Source of the DNA: a virus
Lineage: Duplodnaviria > Heunggongvirae > Uroviricota > Caudoviricetes
Strand: one strand, 5' to 3'
Length of the DNA: 9,864 nt
IMG/VR virus record: IMGVR_UViG_2663763339_000002
Span: 1-9,864 of that record
In this document: in pieces, positions 6,829 to 9,864 of the stretch
Position numbering within the stretch: the first letter of the stretch is position 1
Layout: each line of letters starts with the position of its first letter
Made by a program: the position numbers and the translations under genes
Notes under the pieces: model-generated
What the model was told of the DNA's origin: nothing
Database searches by the model: none
Seen by the model: only the letters and a program-made list of their open reading frames with translations

Positions 6829-7024
6829 GGCGTACCTCCTGACGAATACGGGCGGCGAATACCATCACGCAACCATCAGGAGATTGCTGGCGCGCTTCCT
6901 GTTCGCTGGTGGCCTCAATGGTAATCACGCGCGGTTGTGCCGTGCTCAGGGCGATAAAACGCCAGATGTATTTATTCAGGTTGTACGAGTCCCGCCCTTG
7001 CGGGTGTCTGGTATAATTTCTCAT
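6818..7024 (-). CDS. Hypothetical protein, 68 aa: the C-terminal part of the 354-aa track ORF; the rest of that ORF is judged spurious
   Basis: Internal ATG 7022-7024 preceded by GAGG; the downstream 68 aa have ordinary composition whereas the upstream part is Cys/Ser/Arg-rich and overlaps the plus-strand genes. Confidence 0.35.
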   Translation of the reverse strand: MRNYTRHPQGRDSYNLNKYIWRFIALSTAQPRVITIEATSEQEARQQSPDGCVMVFAARIRQEVRHVQ

Positions 7025-7104
7025 AGCTGCCTCGATACGCTTTCTATCGTTGGTAGTTAGACGCCCTGCATGTGTTGCGAGCACTGCGGGGCGTTGCTCT
7101 TTTA

Positions 7105-7156
7105 GGTGTATTTCACCTCTGCTTTTTAATTTACTCACTGGTGAAATACACTTCAA
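7105..7156. promoter_or_regulatory. Divergent control region: two inverted operator-like copies with a candidate minus-strand promoter
   Basis: GGTGTATTTCACC (7105-7117) and GGTGAAATACAC (7140-7151) are reverse complements and each is internally symmetric (GGTG-N5-CACC). Candidate minus-strand -35 TTGAAG (7151-7156) and -10 TAAATT (7128-7133) with a 17-bp spacer covering the second site. Confidence 0.45.
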
Positions 7157-7217
7157 GCCTTTTTTTATCATTTTTTTTGCGTATACTGACATACACCAAT
7201 TTTTAGGAGATCCAGAA

Positions 7218-7397
7218 ATGGCAACTGGTGCAAAGAACGCAAAATCACAAATGACAACTGTCAGAATCCCACATGAAGTAATGGATGATATTGAGCAACT
7301 TAAAGAACCTGGCGAAAGTACCGCTGGTTTTTTAGTTACTGCCGCAAAAGGCGAGATCAAACGCCGCCAGCGTCGCAAGGCCAAAGAGCAGGAGTAA
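7218..7397 (+). CDS. Small ribbon-helix-helix-like DNA-binding protein, 59 aa (candidate element regulator)
   Basis: ATG 7218-7220 preceded by AGGAGA; TTVRIPHEVMDDIEQL fits a beta-strand-then-helix pattern; basic tail KRRQRRKAKEQE. Fold is inferred, not searched. Confidence 0.6.
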   Translation: MATGAKNAKSQMTTVRIPHEVMDDIEQLKEPGESTAGFLVTAAKGEIKRRQRRKAKEQE

Positions 7398-7454
7398 CCA
7401 TCACCAGCGCCGTGGTGTGAGTAACTACGGCGCATTGCTATGCAGGACAACACA

Positions 7455-7628
7455 ATGACCGATAAAGAATTGACCAAAACATTATCACCGACACGGAAAA
7501 GACGGCGCAGAAAGATAGAGCATGAATCAGAAAGATTCGCGCCATGTGCTTTTGCCCTTGAGCAATTCCTTAAAGAGTACAGGGAAAAGCGCTCATTGCA
7601 GGTATGGCAACGAACTGAACCAGACTGA
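7455..7628 (+). CDS. Small basic hypothetical protein, 57 aa
   Basis: ATG 7455-7457 with AGGA 7 nt upstream (alternative ATG at 7440); RKRRRRK stretch; followed by a plus-strand terminator. Confidence 0.4.
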   Translation: MTDKELTKTLSPTRKRRRRKIEHESERFAPCAFALEQFLKEYREKRSLQVWQRTEPD

Positions 7629-7707
7629 TTGCATTGCCCACCAGCCGCAAATGTGGCATTGTTGGCGATGCTCATGCGTTGGGGATAACGCGAAATTTGT
7701 GTCGCAG

Positions 7708-7736
7708 GGCCACCGTGACTGGTGGCCTTTTCTTTG
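7708..7736 (+). terminator. Intrinsic terminator ending the plus-strand two-gene unit
   Basis: Perfect 7-bp stem GGCCACC / GGTGGCC with a 6-nt loop, followed by TTTTCTTTG. Confidence 0.6.
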
Positions 7737-7773
7737 CCTGTTATCCGGCAATAGTGGCGCTTCTTCACACAGT

Positions 7774-7856
7774 TGATATAATTCCCCTGCACTGATCCAA
7801 TTTTTTCGCAGCAGGTTAATTGTTCGCAAGGGCGCTCCGGTAACGGGGCGCTTTTT
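7774..7856 (+). ncRNA. Candidate small RNA unit: extended -10 promoter plus intrinsic terminator with no ORF between
   Basis: TGaTATAAT at 7774-7782; hairpin GCGCTCC-GGTAAC-GGGGCGC (7832-7851) followed by TTTTT; no ATG or GTG between. Convergent with the 3' end of alpA. Confidence 0.25.
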
Positions 7857-7886
7857 GTTATGTGCATCGCGTTACGCCTCACACCA

Positions 7887-8093
7887 TTACGCAGCCGTTC
7901 CGCGCGCTTCTTCCTCGCGCTCTTTCAGCCAGGCCAGCACTTCATCTTCATACCAGCCAACACGACGCAGACCGATTTTGAAGCCTTTCGGGAATTTTCC
8001 GGCGTTGATCATGTCCTGTAGCGAACTGTCTGCCTTGATGCGCAGAATATTTTTTACTTCCTGACGGGTAAGTATTTTTCTGATTGTTTCCAC
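7887..8093 (-). CDS. alpA: AlpA-family phage transcriptional regulator, 68 aa
   Basis: GTG start at 8091-8093 (no in-frame ATG covers the HTH). FPKGFKIGLRRVGWYEDEVLAWL matches the AlpA signature recalled from E. coli CP4-57 AlpA (VGWIEAEIDEWL). Confidence 0.8.
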   Translation of the reverse strand: METIRKILTRQEVKNILRIKADSSLQDMINAGKFPKGFKIGLRRVGWYEDEVLAWLKEREEEARGTAA

Positions 8094-8162
8094 TATGTTT
8101 TACCTCGTTAATCCGGCGTATTCCGGTGATAAATACGGTAAAACAGGGCAGGGCGGGAAAAA

Positions 8163-8194
8163 CAGTACCCACCGTTTTAAAACGGTACTCACTG
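8163..8194. promoter_or_regulatory. Palindromic operator-like site upstream of alpA
   Basis: Perfect 16-bp palindrome ACCGTTTTAAAACGGT (8171-8186) inside a larger imperfect dyad CAGTAC...GTACTCACTG. Confidence 0.4.
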
Positions 8195-8228
8195 TTTTTT
8201 ATCTCATTGATTACGCTTTTCTTTCTGC

Positions 8229-8258
8229 AAAAAAATAGCGACCGCAAGGGGCCGCTAT
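8229..8258 (-). terminator. Intrinsic terminator after the 80-aa ORF
   Basis: Minus-strand RNA forms an AUAGCGGCC...GGUCGCUAU hairpin followed by U7 (plus-strand A7 at 8229-8235), 5 nt after the stop at 8264-8266. Confidence 0.5.
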
Positions 8259-8263
8259 TGTGA

Positions 8264-8506
8264 TTACCGTTTCCACTTCTTAGGCCGCCCACCGCATTTA
8301 AGGCTGGTGGGTCTCAGCACCTTGTCGATGCTTTCAGCCAGGTTTTTCGATGCGCCACGTGAGCGCAAAAAACTGACTACCTCGTGTTTTGTGGGGGCTG
8401 TTGATTTGTCTTCCGGATCGTATGTTGACCAGAATTCACGATTTGCCATTAACGCCAGTTGCAGCCCTTCGCCGCAAGCAGGGGATACCTTTTCATTGAA
8501 AAACAC
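8264..8506 (-). CDS. Hypothetical protein, 80 aa, between integrase and alpA; basic C-terminus GRPKKWKR
   Basis: GTG start at 8504-8506 with AAGGAG 8 nt upstream (alternative ATG at 8447-8449 has no RBS); own terminator downstream. Confidence 0.5.
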   Translation of the reverse strand: MFFNEKVSPACGEGLQLALMANREFWSTYDPEDKSTAPTKHEVVSFLRSRGASKNLAESIDKVLRPTSLKCGGRPKKWKR

Positions 8507-8622
8507 CTGGATAGCTCCTTGAATTTCATGATTTGGGTGACTCCTCTCTGTATTGGGTGGGTTGTGGCGATTATACGATGGTTTAGCATGGTTTGCATCG
8601 CTTTTACTGGTTTTTTGTACAG

Positions 8623-9864
8623 TTACACGGCACGGATACCCCTTTTACCACTGGCTATGGTCACTCCGGTAGCTGCGGCCTCTACAAATTCCCCCCACCA
8701 GCGCATAAGCACCACGCGCTTTTCCAGGTAGTTACTTCGGTTATATGCTCGCCTTACCTCGTTTGTGTCCACGTGTGCGAGTGCGGCCTCGATTACGTCC
8801 GGCTCGAATCCTTCCTCGTTCGCTGCTGTACTGAATATGGCGCGTAATCCGTGAGACACCAGCACACCAGCGTAACCCATCCGGCGCAATGCGGCGTTAG
8901 CGGTCTGGCTGCTCATTGGCAGCATCGGGTTTTTAAGGCTGGGAAAAACGTGTTCCCTGTGTGCGCTGATTGGCTTCATGGTTTCCAGTACAGCCATAGC
9001 CTGACCGCAAAGGGGGATCACGTGGTCACGGCGCATCTTCATGCGTCCGGCTGGAATCGTCCATGTTTCGGCATCGAGATCTATTTCTTCCCAGCGTGCG
9101 GCGGCTGCTTCGGCTGGGCGTGCTACGGTCAGCAGTTGCCACTCAATCAGCAATCTGGTTTGCCGTTCTATGCTGGCGACCGATAAATCGTGCATTAGCT
9201 GCGGTAGCTGTTCCGGTCGGATGGTTGGCATGTGCTTTTTGGTGGGTGAGGGGAATGCCTTGCGGACGTTCGCGGCGGTGTTGATGTCAATCAGCCCACT
9301 GTTGGCAGCAAAATCCATCACTTCATTGATGCGTTGTAAAACGCGTTTCAGGGTTTCCAGGTTGCCGCGTGCTTTAATGGGTGTGAGTATCTCAACAAAG
9401 CGGCGAGCTGTGAGGGTATCTATTGGCGTGTTTCCGATGTACGGGAATACGTATTTTTCCAGGGATCGCCAGATATCCTTAATCGTGTTGTAAGCCAGAT
9501 TCTGGCCTTTTTTCATCTCGTACCAGTCCGAGGCAACTTTTTCGAACGTGTTGCCCTTTTTCCGACTCTCTGCTTCACGTTTCCGGCGTTCGTGGTCCTG
9601 TGGGTCAACTCCCTTCGCTATGAGTGACCTGTATTCATTCCGTCGTTCTCTGGCATCGGACAGGGAAACATCATTCAGCGATCCGAGGCTGATGATAGTC
9701 CGTTTTTTATCTGCCGGGCGGTAGTACGTAAAACGCCAGATTTTTGATCCGGAGGGTTTCACCAGAAGAAATAATCCTCCGCCATCCTGCAGGGTGTATT
9801 CCTTTTCCCCTGGTCGTGCGTTTTTGATCTCCGTAATAGTTAGTGGGGTGGTTTTTCGTGCCAT
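8623..9864 (-). CDS. int: Tyrosine site-specific integrase, P4 / CP4-57 IntA family, 413 aa
   Basis: N-terminus MARKTTPLTITEIKNARPGEKEYTLQDGGGLFLLVKPSGSKIWRFTYY is the typical arm-binding domain of P4-type integrases; catalytic-region motifs (TVARP, HGLRAIF, RAYNRSNY). ATG is the last 3 nt of the window. Confidence 0.9.
   Translation of the reverse strand: MARKTTPLTITEIKNARPGEKEYTLQDGGGLFLLVKPSGSKIWRFTYYRPADKKRTIISLGSLNDVSLSDARERRNEYRSLIAKGVDPQDHERRKREAESRKKGNTFEKVASDWYEMKKGQNLAYNTIKDIWRSLEKYVFPYIGNTPIDTLTARRFVEILTPIKARGNLETLKRVLQRINEVMDFAANSGLIDINTAANVRKAFPSPTKKHMPTIRPEQLPQLMHDLSVASIERQTRLLIEWQLLTVARPAEAAAARWEEIDLDAETWTIPAGRMKMRRDHVIPLCGQAMAVLETMKPISAHREHVFPSLKNPMLPMSSQTANAALRRMGYAGVLVSHGLRAIFSTAANEEGFEPDVIEAALAHVDTNEVRRAYNRSNYLEKRVVLMRWWGEFVEAAATGVTIASGKRGIRAV

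Larger units (their letters stand above)
1..9864. mobile_element. Segment of an integrative satellite-like element (P4-type integrase, AlpA, Rep with iteron origin, SSB, own capsid and small-terminase genes); neither boundary is visible in the window
   Basis: Gene content and order read from the ORF track; integrase start codon at 9862-9864; no tail, lysis or large-terminase gene in the window. Attachment site not visible. Confidence 0.6.

Noticed and set aside
7522-7829. Track ORFs 7522-7776 (+) and 7593-7829 (-)
   Set aside because: They overlap the 57-aa gene out of frame or span two terminators and a promoter; no RBS and odd composition.
6818-7882. 354-aa minus-strand ORF from the track
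   Set aside because: Most of it is Cys/Ser/Arg-rich, has no RBS at its start, and overlaps the better-supported plus-strand genes (7218-7397, 7455-7628) and the divergent promoter region. Only the last 68 codons (6818-7024), which have an RBS, were kept as a low-confidence CDS.
8459-9493. Plus-strand ORFs inside the integrase gene (8459-8731, 8593-8847, 8851-9186, 9041-9493, 9063-9284)
   Set aside because: Antisense to a confidently identified integrase; artefacts of a GC-rich coding region.
9862-9864. Attachment site or tRNA next to the integrase
   Set aside because: The window ends at the integrase start codon, so no att core or tRNA/tmRNA is visible. It is expected beyond the right edge but cannot be reported.

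Overview
This 9.9 kb window looks like a slice of an integrated satellite-type mobile element (P4-like / PICI-like), probably enterobacterial, and not a complete prophage. All calls come from reading the sequence and the ORF track by eye; no database search was run. Right end, minus strand: a P4-family tyrosine integrase whose ATG is the last 3 nt of the window, an 80-aa ORF, and an AlpA-type regulator. Centre: a divergent control region in which a small ribbon-helix-helix-like gene (+) faces a long minus-strand replication operon of translationally coupled genes (five small unknown ORFs, a RecA-like/AAA_25 Rep protein, an iteron-type origin, an 83-aa ORF and an SSB). Left end, minus strand: a 64-aa ORF coupled to a ClpP-like prohead protease fused to a major capsid protein, then a lambda Nu1-like small terminase and a 96-aa ORF. 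The most interesting non-coding signal is an 81-bp element present twice at about 95 percent identity (927-1007 and 3451-3532), each copy sitting directly after an intrinsic terminator and upstream of one of the two capsid/packaging units. Other signals are operator-like inverted repeats, a leader terminator, a promoter-plus-terminator unit that could be a small RNA, and a palindrome upstream of alpA. The ORF track uses GTG as well as ATG starts, so several starts were re-picked on ribosome-binding-site evidence. No tRNA, rRNA, CRISPR array or transposase was seen.
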